Of a stretch of DNA of 64,000 nucleotides, positions 50,042 through 61,438 are shown one piece after another (the first letter of the stretch is position 1; each line of letters opens with the position of its first letter). A model generated the notes under the pieces. That model was given only the letters and a program-made list of their open reading frames with translations, was not told the origin of the DNA and made no database searches. Where the stretch lies: positions 3,524,151 to 3,588,150 of the forward strand of contig CM121341.1 of assembly GCA_051530055.1 (NCBI GenBank), read 5' to 3'. A program made the translations under genes and the position numbers. Source of the stretch: Neoechinorhynchus agilis (taxonomy: Eukaryota > Animalia > Acanthocephala).

Positions 50042-50607
50042 TGTAAAGAAATTATTATTATAGTTTCAGTTTCAATTAGCGATGTTTGATAATATTTAAA
50101 AACTTGCAATCAATTAACTGAAGAAGGCCAACGAAAATGCCGAAAATTTTCAATATAAATCTATTTCTGAATCAAACATCGCTAATTAAAACTGAAATTT
50201 TAAGAACCATCGCCATATAAAAAAATTCGGACTTATTACACTTTAATTCATTAATTTCACCTGAAAATAATCCATTTAAATTTGTATGAATGTTGGTAAG
50301 ATTTGGTCGAGGCTAAAAATTTATTGTAAAGAAATTATTATTATAGTTTCAGTTTCAATTAGCGATGTTTGATAATATTTAAAAACTTGCAATCAATTGA
50401 CTGAAGAAGGCCAACGAAAAGGCCGAAAATTTTCAATATAAATCTATTTCTGAATCAAACATCGCTAATTAAAGCTGAAATTTTAAGAACTATCGCCATA
50501 TAAAAAAATTCGGACTTATTACACTTTAATTCATTAATTTCACCTGAAAATAATCCAGTTAAATTTGTATGAATGTTGGTAAGATTTGGTCGAGACTAAA
50601 AATTTAT
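50042..50607 (+). repeat. Two tandem copies of a 283-bp unit containing an internal inverted repeat
   Basis: TGTAAAGAAATTATTATTATAGTTTCAGTTTCAATTAGCGATG at 50042 and 50325. Related pieces occur at about 30628-30705 and 59448-59473. Confidence 0.9.
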
Positions 50608-50889
50608 TTGCTTTTAAAATCTGCATTATTCGCATTTAGACTTCATCCTTAAACTGCGTAAATTTACCTGAGACTAGAATACCGCCTCCACAGACGCTTA
50701 CTAATCTCTTTATGCTAAAAAGTTATATAACATTCTTCGATTTTTACGGTTAGTAAAAGCAGTTCAAGCTCAACTTTTTGAACAAAATGCTTAGTAACAC
50801 GTTAATTTTACAGTTTATACCAATGGATAACTTAATAAGCATTTAGGTCCGGTGGCCGTGTACTACTTCCTATATCATTAGCCCTATGC

Positions 50890-52710
50890 GGATGTTTGGC
50901 CATTTCACTATTTGCTACGATTGTTGGAGTCGGTGTTGGATTCGGACTCCGAAATTCCCAAAATTCAACAGATAATAATGTAATCCCTCCCGGATTTTAT
51001 GGTTGGAATTTTCAGCAAAATCTGACATTTTCTAAACATTTTACTATCCACGAAGAATCCAACGGAGTTGCCGTTTTGATTGGTAGATTTCTTGCAGGCG
51101 ATACAAAATTAGATGTTCCTCTTCCGATCGATGCAATAGAACTTCAAAATACTGTTAGTTCATTAATAAATTCGACAATCGAATTGCTTTTTAGGTCAAT
51201 AGTAAGCTTAGAGTATTATTTCGACAGATACAAACATTGCCATATTTCATCAAAATAAGCAATTCATCTGGAGTTGTACTGAACAACGTTGTAAATAATT
51301 TCATGAAGTATTTTTCCGTCAATGGTTCTTACTTTAAAATCAAAATTTAGCGTTACCGTTTATTTCGTTGCTTATTTCAAATATGAATGTTTCAATGAAA
51401 ACTGCGTCTCAATCCGCGAAACAAATATCAACTACCTGTTCAAAGGACTGACAATAAACTCTGGAGCGTTTTATACAGCCGTGGAATCAGCAAATACCAC
51501 TCTTGGACCTGGTAAGTTGTTCATTAGAGGATTTTGTTATCCTAACTATTTTGTTTGGAGAGATTAAATCTCTTCCTGGAACTTTCGAAAGTGTTACACA
51601 AGAGATAAATATGATACCACCGACAGTGCAACTGTTTCCTATGAGTAAGAAAACTTTATTTCTGTGAAGCAAAGTAGAAGAATGATAAAAAATTGAGCAG
51701 TTGCTGAATGGGAAGCGATCGTAATTAAATTAACCCGACCACTTGGGCGTTTGGAACCTGCACTCGAGACGAACCAAGTCCCACAAATCATTCATGACGT
51801 AAGTTACCAATTTTTCCAAATACTTATTCATATATTTATTTTAGTTAAATACTGTTACCGAGAAAATACCGGTTGTAAATCAAACTGTTATATTCTTTGA
51901 CGCTATTGGGACACCAATCATCACCTTTACTCCAACCCTTACAATCGCCCTCAAAACATTGCATTATCTTGGATGCATCAATTGCGAAGAAACTTTGAAG
52001 ACCGCAGTCCGGCATAGGTTCTCGACTCAATTCAAATGAGACTTTAGGCATTTTGCGTTGAAAATTTTAGTCAATCAATCTTGCACTAGTTATTCACGTT
52101 CCATTCAATGTGACTCATTAATTAATCGTCGATAGGAAATCCTTTGGATTGGTCAAAGTATAATTTTGGTGGACTTAGGCAGCTAAATTATTGGAAATTT
52201 TAGAAGCACAGGAAAATCTAGGAATCATGGCGCCAATCGGGGTAACTTTTATCCTTAAATTTTGTGATCGAGATCCTCTGTCCTACTAATTGGATTAAAT
52301 AATAAACGCGTATCGCAATTCACAGTGAACAGATTTAATGTTAGAGAAATGCAACAAGTTATGGACCTTAAGCTGAAGCTTTTGAGCGGTGAGTCTGATG
52401 CTTTGGGTAAGAAAATCTTCTTTTTTTGCTTCCAGCACAAACGATCAGTCTTGAAGAAGAGCAAGCTCTCCTGACGAAAAAAGCAAAATTTGTGAGAACC
52501 TGTAAGTAGATAGGAGTAGAAATTAAAATTATTTACCCTTTGCAGCTATTCCATTAACCATTCCGATAAAATGTAAAACCGCCACAGGGAACGCAGCAGC
52601 CGATTGCCCTACAAGCGGAACAGATAATACAGCGATTCGGAGCAGTGTAAGACAATCCTGTGAACGTTATCGTCCCCTTTTCAAATCTTATCTTACTACA
52701 GATATTTGAA
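50890..52710 (+). CDS. Putative multi-exon orphan membrane protein (N-terminal TM, SEA-like region); model uncertain
   Basis: Hydrophobic ISLFATIVGVGVGFGL and SVTVYFVAYF (SEA-like strand). A chain of short GTAAG/GTGAG...AG introns runs to 52545. Confidence 0.4.
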
Positions 52711-55565
52711 CTTTTTCGAACTATGAATAAAATCGATACCCTACTAACGCCGTACTCAATCGGACCAATCGAATACATCGCCCCAACATCACCCGCGTAT
52801 AAAAAAAGTGGTTGAACTTTGCAAACTATAAACTCTTGCCAATTTTAGACAAACCACGACGATCAAATCAATAATTTATTATAATTCAACTATTGATATG
52901 GCAGCTCCAAGGTCCGATTATCTTAAAAAAGTGCTGGGCAACAAAGACATTGTTGCTCTTCCTCTAATGGCGACAATCGTAAATTCAAATGGACTCTGGC
53001 TGCGAACTCCAGGTTTATGAGACAACTCAGAGATTAGTGCTTATTTCGAATGTTTAGCTCTTGGACTTTACGTCGCCGAAGCCGAATGGAATGAATTAGT
53101 GCCGTTTTGACACTTTATTGCCTGCTTTCTCGCTTAAGAAATCAAGATTTTTTTATTAGCTGTTTCGTGATAGAAAGTGGCATATCTCTAAAATTCGATA
53201 ATCAATCCAGCATCTTAGCTTAGCGAATATTTTTGCAGAATAGCACGTTTTTATCGTTTGTAAAAACCCTATTAAACATCGTAAATTTTTCACTTGAGTT
53301 TTTGTTAGTAGGGAAAATCTATAAAAATTTGAGATTGCAAGAATCACTTTGCAAAAAGCCTAAACTCCATGTCTCATGACTACGATGGATTTCTGTGATA
53401 GATATTAAATATTCATATTGGCTATCACTTCTTTAAGGTTTAAATTTTGCTCTTGTGAAGGCAATTGTGAGGTTGTCCTGTCAGAACTTTTAATCTTATT
53501 TAAATCTGGCTGTATCTCCTACATAATCGAGGATATTTTATACTTTACAAAAGTTTTAGAATGGAATCGCAACGGTTTTTGCATTGGTCCGTGAAGGTAA
53601 ACTTTCTACGGCATGGATCTCTGTTTGAGAAAAGAGCAGCATTCAGAAAAAAGATGAATTTTTGAACTAGTTTCGAATCAAAAGTTTTTTCCACCGATTT
53701 AAAAAAATCATGACCCCGTTTGCCTAAGAATGATTTATCTGTATTCGACACCACTTGGACTTGGGCAATGCCACAGATTGTTTTGCATAACCGAATGATA
53801 CAGCCGGAGAGGTAGTACAAATTATTATATGTCAAAAGAGCGTTACACCACTATCAGGATATTATGATTCTCGAGTACAACTGATTTGTTGCAGAAATAA
53901 AAGGTTCGTAGATTGAATAATTTTTTATTTTCAAATAAAGACCGGGTTCCATTCAATATATTCTTGCAAGTATTTTCCGCATAGAAATATGACCAAAATT
54001 CATCAGTGTTTTAATTGGGAGATGAGATTTTCTCCTTGGTATAGGACAAACAATAGTTATCTTATTTTTGTAGATACAGGAAATGCAATATATGAATATT
54101 TAATATAAGATAACGATAATTAAAATACGTGTTCGTGCGGAATTCTTATAAAATTCAGTCAATTAACTTTGCTATTCTTCCAAAAACACTCCAAGTTCGA
54201 AGCAAATATTTTCCCTCACTTTGTGATTGTACTAAAAAGTCGACGTTTTTCCTTTTTGGATAATAAAAGTGAATACTGATGACTGTTGGGTATATGATGA
54301 TATTTTCAAAAGGATGACTTTTAATATGGATTTATTTCTAAAATGAATATTTTCACGCGTATAAATTTAAGCATATCGACTTTATTGCGTGCATTAGAAA
54401 AGTTCTATTAAATATTCTTCAAGGAATCAGACTTTTTATACGAGAAGAATATGGTACTGTAAGTAAATAAAGATCCATCCTGCACGATGGCCTCTTTATT
54501 TTTAATAGGATGATTCGAAAAAATTCTCTGTTTTCACTTCAATTTATTATTTTCGAAGAAGAGTATTTCAGAGACACTAAATAATTCAAGTCTGAAAGCA
54601 TTGGAAATAGTTAAGCAGACGAGCTGAAAATACCGTTGAATATGGCCGTTTGTAGTGTAGAAGACTGTTTGGCACCTCATCGACTCGCCAACTCATTCAT
54701 TTCGAGTGTTCGATTGTTTCTTTAACTGTCCATTTGTGATAATGCCATCTCTAAATTCGTCATCGATGCCGATATAAATATCGAAACATTGTTTGAGATA
54801 AGTCTTTTGGAAAATATCTGATTTGTTGACGTTTTTGTGTGAGACTAATTTAGTCCGAGAATCTCTTGCAGAATTCCCTTTATGATTTTCCAATGAAAGA
54901 TTAATAGCTGTAGCTCTTTACCGTGTATACTTCGAGAAGGTTTCGTAAAATCGATCGATCACTACGTCCCTCGGACGTGATATTTTTCCGAATCAAAATT
55001 ATAAACATACACCCATTTTATAGGTCAGTTTCGGTTTGTGTGTGTCCACTGAGAATGCCTCGGACACCTCTCGACAAAGATCTAATAAAAAGTCATATCT
55101 GCCACATGACAGATTCATCAGACAATCTTCTGTATTTTTTGTGTCTGAGATGGTTGTAAACATGAAGAAACCGAGGAAGGGATTATTAGTAAAACATACT
55201 TTCACAATCAACCTATCCTTTTTCCTCTATATCTTCTGGTCAGCATCAGAGTCAACATCGTCCTTTGCCCGAGGAATGCTTGTGTGTGTCAATAACCACC
55301 ACCGCCACCACCAATTCACCGAGCGAACTAGACGAAAGTAGCCGTCAGCATTGTCACCTGCTCCTGTTTGCCTTTCTCGGACACTGTTATCCATCCGCCT
55401 ATCTGCGCTTTCAAGGCCTTCTTACAATGCTTCCTTTGTTATGCAATCACATTCCCAGTCATAGAGATTAACGATCTTCTTGAAATTCACTCCATTTCTC
55501 GGTGCAAAACAATCCGAATGTCCTAAACGCCCATTCGCTGCTATAAACCCCTTTCTCCTCATTAG

Positions 55566-56312
55566 GTCTTCATATTCTCGAAGCAACAAAGTCATCGCCG
55601 CAGCCACAGAAACTCTTCATTTTCGATAATGAAATCTCATCATTGCGCCGGATATCAAGACCGATTCGGCGTATGGATCAACGGTTTCAGCTGCCCACCG
55701 TTTAAAGGCCGCCATCGCTTTTGTTGCGGAAACCCACATAATCGATATTGTTGCTTCGATCAACGCCAAAACCAAACTAATCCTAACGAATCGTCTTTAT
55801 ACAAATCAATCGATCAAATCCTTATGAATCGATTCGGATCTCGGTACACTAATCTCACTATTTTGTATGCCACCGTGGCCCTTGTATTAATAATCCTTGG
55901 ATTCGTCCTTATCATGGTAGGAGCATTAATCCTCAGACGACAAAGGACTCGTAGACACCGATCAAAAGTGAATAGTCAAGAAGAAGATGGCTCAAGTAAG
56001 TGCCACATTCTAGTAAGCGATGATGAGTCTCGGAAAACCGAAGAATTAAAGCGTCAGTCATGTACAACGGCATCCGATGCAATGACAACATTGTCCTCTT
56101 CTTATCGACTACATAAAGCTCAAACAAATCCAACTGCTCCTCTTGTTCAACACATTTACACCGCAACGCAATCACCAAGGAATATTTATCCCCATTCTCA
56201 AGCTCCGAAACCTCTTCTTCACTGTGAAAATGAACCATTTTTATTAAACACGGAATTTTCCAATCAATTGGAAAACAATCAAGATTATTTTACAGGACGG
56301 TATCTAATTTGA
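55566..56312 (+). CDS. Shisa-family single-pass membrane protein (main exon; signal-peptide exon upstream not fixed)
   Basis: CAGYQDRFGVWINGFSCP...FCCGNPHNRYCC Shisa cysteine pattern, TM ILYATVALVLIILGFVLIMVGALIL, and a splice acceptor CTTTCTCCTCATTAG in frame at 55565. Confidence 0.82.
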   Translation, partial: VFIFSKQQSHRRSHRNSSFSIMKSHHCAGYQDRFGVWINGFSCPPFKGRHRFCCGNPHNRYCCFDQRQNQTNPNESSLYKSIDQILMNRFGSRYTNLTILYATVALVLIILGFVLIMVGALILRRQRTRRHRSKVNSQEEDGSSKCHILVSDDESRKTEELKRQSCTTASDAMTTLSSSYRLHKAQTNPTAPLVQHIYTATQSPRNIYPHSQAPKPLLHCENEPFLLNTEFSNQLENNQDYFTGRYLI

Positions 56313-57439
56313 ATCGCAAAAGTGTCATCATGTAAACCTATGATTATTTTACCTTAACCCATCATCCGCCGTTTGTATAAATAAATCCAACAGAGGTCCG
56401 TCTTAAGGGTCACCAGACGCGTCCCAATAGACAGTCTGTACACAAGGGAAATTATGCTATAACACGACTTCCATCATAAACAAATCCCGCCTTATTTCAT
56501 CAGAATCCATTCAAAATTCCATCATTTCTTCGTCCCATTCGTTAGTTCGCTTCTAAAAGCTGTAACTGCATAACTAATCAACAAAGGTGACAATCAAGGC
56601 ACTCTTTAAGGTCCACCATCATCTCTTCCTATTTATATTGTACATAATTAAAACCATGACAGATGGCATCCTAAAGAGAGTCTCAATTATTGATTCACCA
56701 AAAGCCTACGGTCCACATAGTTTCGCATGGAAACCTTCATAATACCAGTTTCGCAGCTATACTCAGGGGATTTGAAGTTAATTTCATTAATACACCACAT
56801 TCAATGCATTTTGGAATCGAAAAATTAATGGTGGTAGTTTCGCTGCCTTTTTCGGGCCTGTGAAATGCAAGTCCACACCAAAAGGAAGAGATCATAAATT
56901 GGATTTGCATTGTAAATTACAGAAAAAATTGATTTTCTAACGAAATTTATCCGAAACTGTCCAGCTCACCGGACATCATTAATTAGACTTTAAATAATAT
57001 CCCTCGTGAATTAAGCGTTTATGAATTTCATTAAAGTACTTGCGACATCAATGCAATCTTTTCAAATCGCCATCTCGCACCTTCTTCACACATTTGAAAT
57101 CAAATTAATGAGGCGCTATCGAGGGTAATTAAAAAAAACAATAGAAAACGTGCCAACCAATTTATTCAACGATGATATAAAATCGATTTATAACCTAAAA
57201 CAGCTTTCTTTGACCTCGAAACGATTTCAGCAATTTAATCGATTATTCGCCCTTTATTTAACACGTTTTCTTGTAAACGTTTCAATTATGTATTAAAACG
57301 ACAATTGTTCTTAAAAAACGATATAGTATACGGAAATTATTCATATTTCTACACACTTTGACCAAAATTTAGGTTAATGATGCGATTTAGCATATTGAGC
57401 TAAATCAATATAAAGAAAAACTTTGAGAATTACATTTGG

Positions 57440-57654
57440 GGTCTTCAGTGAGCTATCACCACCCCGAGAATTAAACATTAATTATTGAATTAAATATTTC
57501 GGAACCTGAGTTCCCTCTTCAGTTAATTATTTTTTGAGTGTGCTGTGTGGTTTACACTCAAAAATAATTTACTGAAGAGGGAACTCAGGTTCCGAAATAT
57601 TTAATTCAATAATTAATGTTTAATTTTCGGGGTGGTGACAGCTCACCGAAGACC
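57440..57654. mobile_element. Foldback/MITE-like near-perfect palindrome (about 100-bp arms, 12-nt loop)
   Basis: GGTCTTC.GTGAGCT.TCACCACCCCG...GAGTGT versus ACACTC...CGGGGTGGTGACAGCTCACCGAAGACC. Confidence 0.85.
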
Positions 57655-58079
57655 AAAATAAACAAAAACAATGGCTAAAGAGCTAGATAAGAATGTTTGC
57701 ATGATTATTCGATACAAGAATTGTAACCAAAAGAAGGAAATTTCTCATAGTCCGTCGCAGATTTCGCTCGATCGATATTAGAATCTCTTGTACAAGTATT
57801 GAAAAATAAGGCTGCAATATTTTCCTCTTCTAATCTTTGTATTTTATAACGAATAAATATTATTTTAATTGATTCGAAATAGTAAACAATTTGTATAATT
57901 GTCAGTATGTTTAGAAATTTGATTTTCCGATTATCGATCAACCTCGTGATAAACACAGTTTTTAAAAATTTCTATCTTTTTTCCCACTATTCTTTTACAA
58001 TCATTGAATTGCTCTTATTCGATCACTGCATTTCTCATATTATAAAAGTTGTTTATTTAATTATTTAACATACTTTTTA

Positions 58080-59450
58080 CTTGACATTCTGGATCACGAC
58101 CGATGATTCCGATGCCGTCCTCCCTCTTCACTCGGAACCTGGAATATGAGGGCGGAAACTTACTCCCCAAAAAAAAGGGCAAAGTGAAGAGTTCTCAACA
58201 GAATTGCGTGGTTTGTGATAGGATTTTCTCCCTGACAAAAACAGGAGTTCTTAGGGTCCATGGACCCCGCAATTCACGCTGCGACGGTTCCGGTTCACCC
58301 AATAAGTCCATTGATGGTGTGTGCCAGAATTCTCTCACGACATCACCAATACAAAAATGAAATTCCATTTGTAGGGAATATTGTGAGCGAGTTCTGCCCA
58401 GGAAAGCTATGCAAAGAATCCCAAGGGGCGAGCGATATCAGGCCAGAGTTGTCGTGGATGCGTCTTTTTTTCGAATCCTAGACTAGTGTTTTCCGCTGGT
58501 GATGTTTTTGAGGGATCTCTGACCACAAAAATAAAAGAGCGAATAATTTCCTTTGAGTAAAATCTTAATGCCTATCGACAGTATGAGAGCTACGTAAGGA
58601 GTGTGTCAAGGAGCGTGACCACCACCGAAACTCAAATCGGTTGCTCGCTGGACGCGTTTCTTCGAAGCTCGCTGACGGAGATGTCAGAGTTCTTTTATCA
58701 TCAATGGACAGTCTCGCCAAAGATAACGAAGAAACTTTGCGAACTCTTCGTTCCAAACATCCCAGTGACGGCGGTCAGCAGTATTTCGTTAAATCTTCGT
58801 CTTTTGATTCAATCTCTTATGTTTTATCATCGAAATCAGAATTACAGAAGGCAATCTCCTCTTTTGCTAACGGATCAGCTCACGGGCTTGACGGGCAGGC
58901 TAAGCTGGTAAAATTAGACGAGACTTGAAAGCCTCCCTCGAGAAAATTTTAAATACTCAGCTGTCGGACGAGGCCTGACGTCAAGCGTCCTTGCCTGTGT
59001 CGTCCGGCGGTTTGGGTATCTGAAAAGCAGCCGATATTTCTCTGCCAGCTTATTTGGGATCGTATGAAGAAAGCCGCAAAATAGCTAAATTCGTTCTTGG
59101 TGAGAATTACACTTTGGATGAAGATTTCGTGGAGGCGCTTTATCTTTGGTGTGGAAATTTATTTAGCGAGCAGGTCCCCGCCAATGGTTGCAAACAATCC
59201 GTTTAGAACTCACCCCTGGTAGCGAGAATTCACAACTATTTAATTTCAGATTCTCGTGACCTGGTGAACCGAACTTGAGACGCCGCATTCATGGACACGC
59301 TCGCAGCCAGCAACATAAAATTCGCCACTATTAAAGCGGAGGAGGAGCAGCCGCCGCCACTGAGGAACTCAAAAGGACAAAATACTTCGACTTGGGTTGA
59401 AATCATTATTTCGTTCCCTTTCGCGTCGAGACGCTCGGGTCGTTGACGTG
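58080..59450 (+). mobile_element. Second CRE-clade element, internally deleted (no RT core), decayed
   Basis: CVVCDRIFSLTKTGVLRVHGPRNSRCDGSG, SSKLADGDVR...TLRSKHP, AISSFANGSAHGLDG, ASLPVSSGGLGI...SLPAYLGS, and RLE relic YFVPFRVETLG. Confidence 0.82.
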
Positions 59451-60147
59451 AATGTTGGTAAGATTTGGTCGAGATAAAGCTATTTGGTTTAATTTAAAAT
59501 TATAATTGATTTAGTTTAGGTCATTTCTTAATGAACTTTTATTTGTTCGGTTACAAACCATATTCACGGTGCTACTATCAAAAATTTAACAAACTTGAAA
59601 AGTGCCCAATCAATTCGTGATTGTGTAAAAGCTTGTAAATCCGTTTTTAAAATGTCCAACTGGTAGAATAATCATGATAAATAAACATTAAATATCATGG
59701 ATGATCGATTGTACGCTTCCAAATCAACGAGAATGACAATTTCGGCAGCTCGTAGGTCTGTATATTGTCAATTTTGTTTGTAAAGGACAATTCGTCGTTG
59801 TTAACTCTGGATTACTGGCAATGAATTATGTTTTTTACACTGCAAGGAAACTGAGAATTCATTGGATGGTTGTATGTTTTCCTCATTTTAATCTTCTTAT
59901 CGCCAGTTTCACAATTGTTTTAGAACAAAATCACTGCTCGAGATAAAAGTTATGTACTTTTGGCGATCACACAGGTTTAATATTGAATGGATTAATTTAT
60001 TGTTTGTCTTGAAGCCTGGAGTTAAATTCGAGGTTTATATAAAAAAATAATTTAAAAAATAGTAAGGAATGCGATAATTTTGGATATTGACATTTATCCG
60101 AAATCTAATTCGGGTTTTCTAGCAAACATCCTCTAGTCAATTTTGTA

Positions 60148-60384
60148 CTAGGCGATTGGGGCAACTCTTTTAATCCTTAGAGCGATAAACGCTTGCGTTT
60201 CTGCATCCAACAAAATTAAAATAATTATTGGAATAAGTATTGATATGATCATCCAAAAATCAAGACGATTTTCAGCATTTATATAAAACTGCTCGCATGT
60301 ATCATTCTGTATTGAATCAATTTTTTTTACCAGATCGCATTCGCCACTTCTAAGAGTGAGTAAAATACAAATAAAGTGAAACAT
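60148..60384 (-). CDS. Possible small single-pass membrane protein (signal peptide plus TM)
   Basis: MFHFICILLTLRSGEC... followed by FWMIISILIPIIILILL; no recognisable family. Confidence 0.3.
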   Translation of the reverse strand: MFHFICILLTLRSGECDLVKKIDSIQNDTCEQFYINAENRLDFWMIISILIPIIILILLDAETQAFIALRIKRVAPIA

Positions 60385-60759
60385 GCAAGTGGTTAGCAAA
60401 AATTAGAACAAATCTTTCGATCAATCACTTTGCACGAATTTTTAACAAGCTAAATAAGCAACTATTTACGGCACACTGAACGTATTTGTGCGAAAACATC
60501 TTACAAAATCTTAATGAATACTCGTTAGCTCGATCTCGGGCGCTAAATTGAAAGTGATTTTTCGGTTGTCACCTTAAAATGAGTTACAGACTGATTTTCC
60601 GCAGCATTTTCCTAACCAAATTAATTTATATCAAAAACGATTTCGCCGAAGATACACCAAATAAATTTGTTCGCCTAAGATTTAATCAACAAGATTAACT
60701 TCCATTGACGAACTTTCAGATTGTCATACAGTTTTCTATTTGGTTACTTTTCTTTACAC

Positions 60760-60920
60760 TCAACACCTCCCACCAAATTCCAGCTTTTGTCCTTCCTCGA
60801 CCGTCGCCATCACGCTGGCAGCATTGCCCCGTTGTATGAAATAATTCGCGCTTTGTCGAAAATCCATTTTGCTGTATACTTTTTTTTCAACACTGAAAGG
60901 ACTGCTTCGCAATTTTATCC
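60760..60920 (-). mobile_element. CRE-type RLE C-terminal relic
   Basis: FRQSANYFIQRGNAASVMATVEEG (cf. IQRGNAASVL). Confidence 0.65.
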
Positions 60921-61438
60921 ATAGATTGCTTGCGACCCCACTGTTTTTTCCAAGCAACTGAGTTTCAAATGACAAATCACGATTTTATTATTATCCCTAG
61001 ATACTTTCAATATCTAATAATAAATTTCTTTTAGCAAAACTAACATTAACCTACACGTGTTTTAACTTTAGATTGCTCTTACGAATGACATTCAGAATAG
61101 AAAAGGTCTTACATTACCCCCACCAACGTCAAAATGCTTATTTTTCCCAAATATATGAATTTTTAATTTTTTTGGATATTTACTATTTGTCGAGATGAAA
61201 CTATTGCTTGAGGTGAGATTTAATATTGTTATTAAAACGTTAATGCATCTTTGATTTTAACAATATAGAAAATTATCGCGCACAGATTTCGTCCGTGGAT
61301 ACCAAAGATATTCGATCTCAAAAAACAAACATTTAAGTATAAAAAATTAAGATCTTAATATTTTCGCATTTCGTATGCTAAAAACGAATACACAACTCAT
61401 CGTGCTAATTTGAACTTTAAAGAACATTTATGAATTTA

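Noticed and set aside
51845-52778. Cys-containing minus-strand ORFs (51845-52051, 52255-52464, 52554-52778)
   Set aside because: Canonical splice signals are on the + strand here, so these are likely antisense shadows.
53545-53835. 96-aa minus-strand ORF / possible L1-type C-terminal relic
   Set aside because: Only a faint IHLFSEC-like motif appears in another frame, which is not enough to call.
55265-55471. ORF track entry labelled minus strand (MPEECLCV...)
   Set aside because: The peptide actually reads from the + strand (TTG CCC GAG GAA TGC at 55265), so the label appears wrong. It has no recognisable product and probably lies in the Shisa intron.
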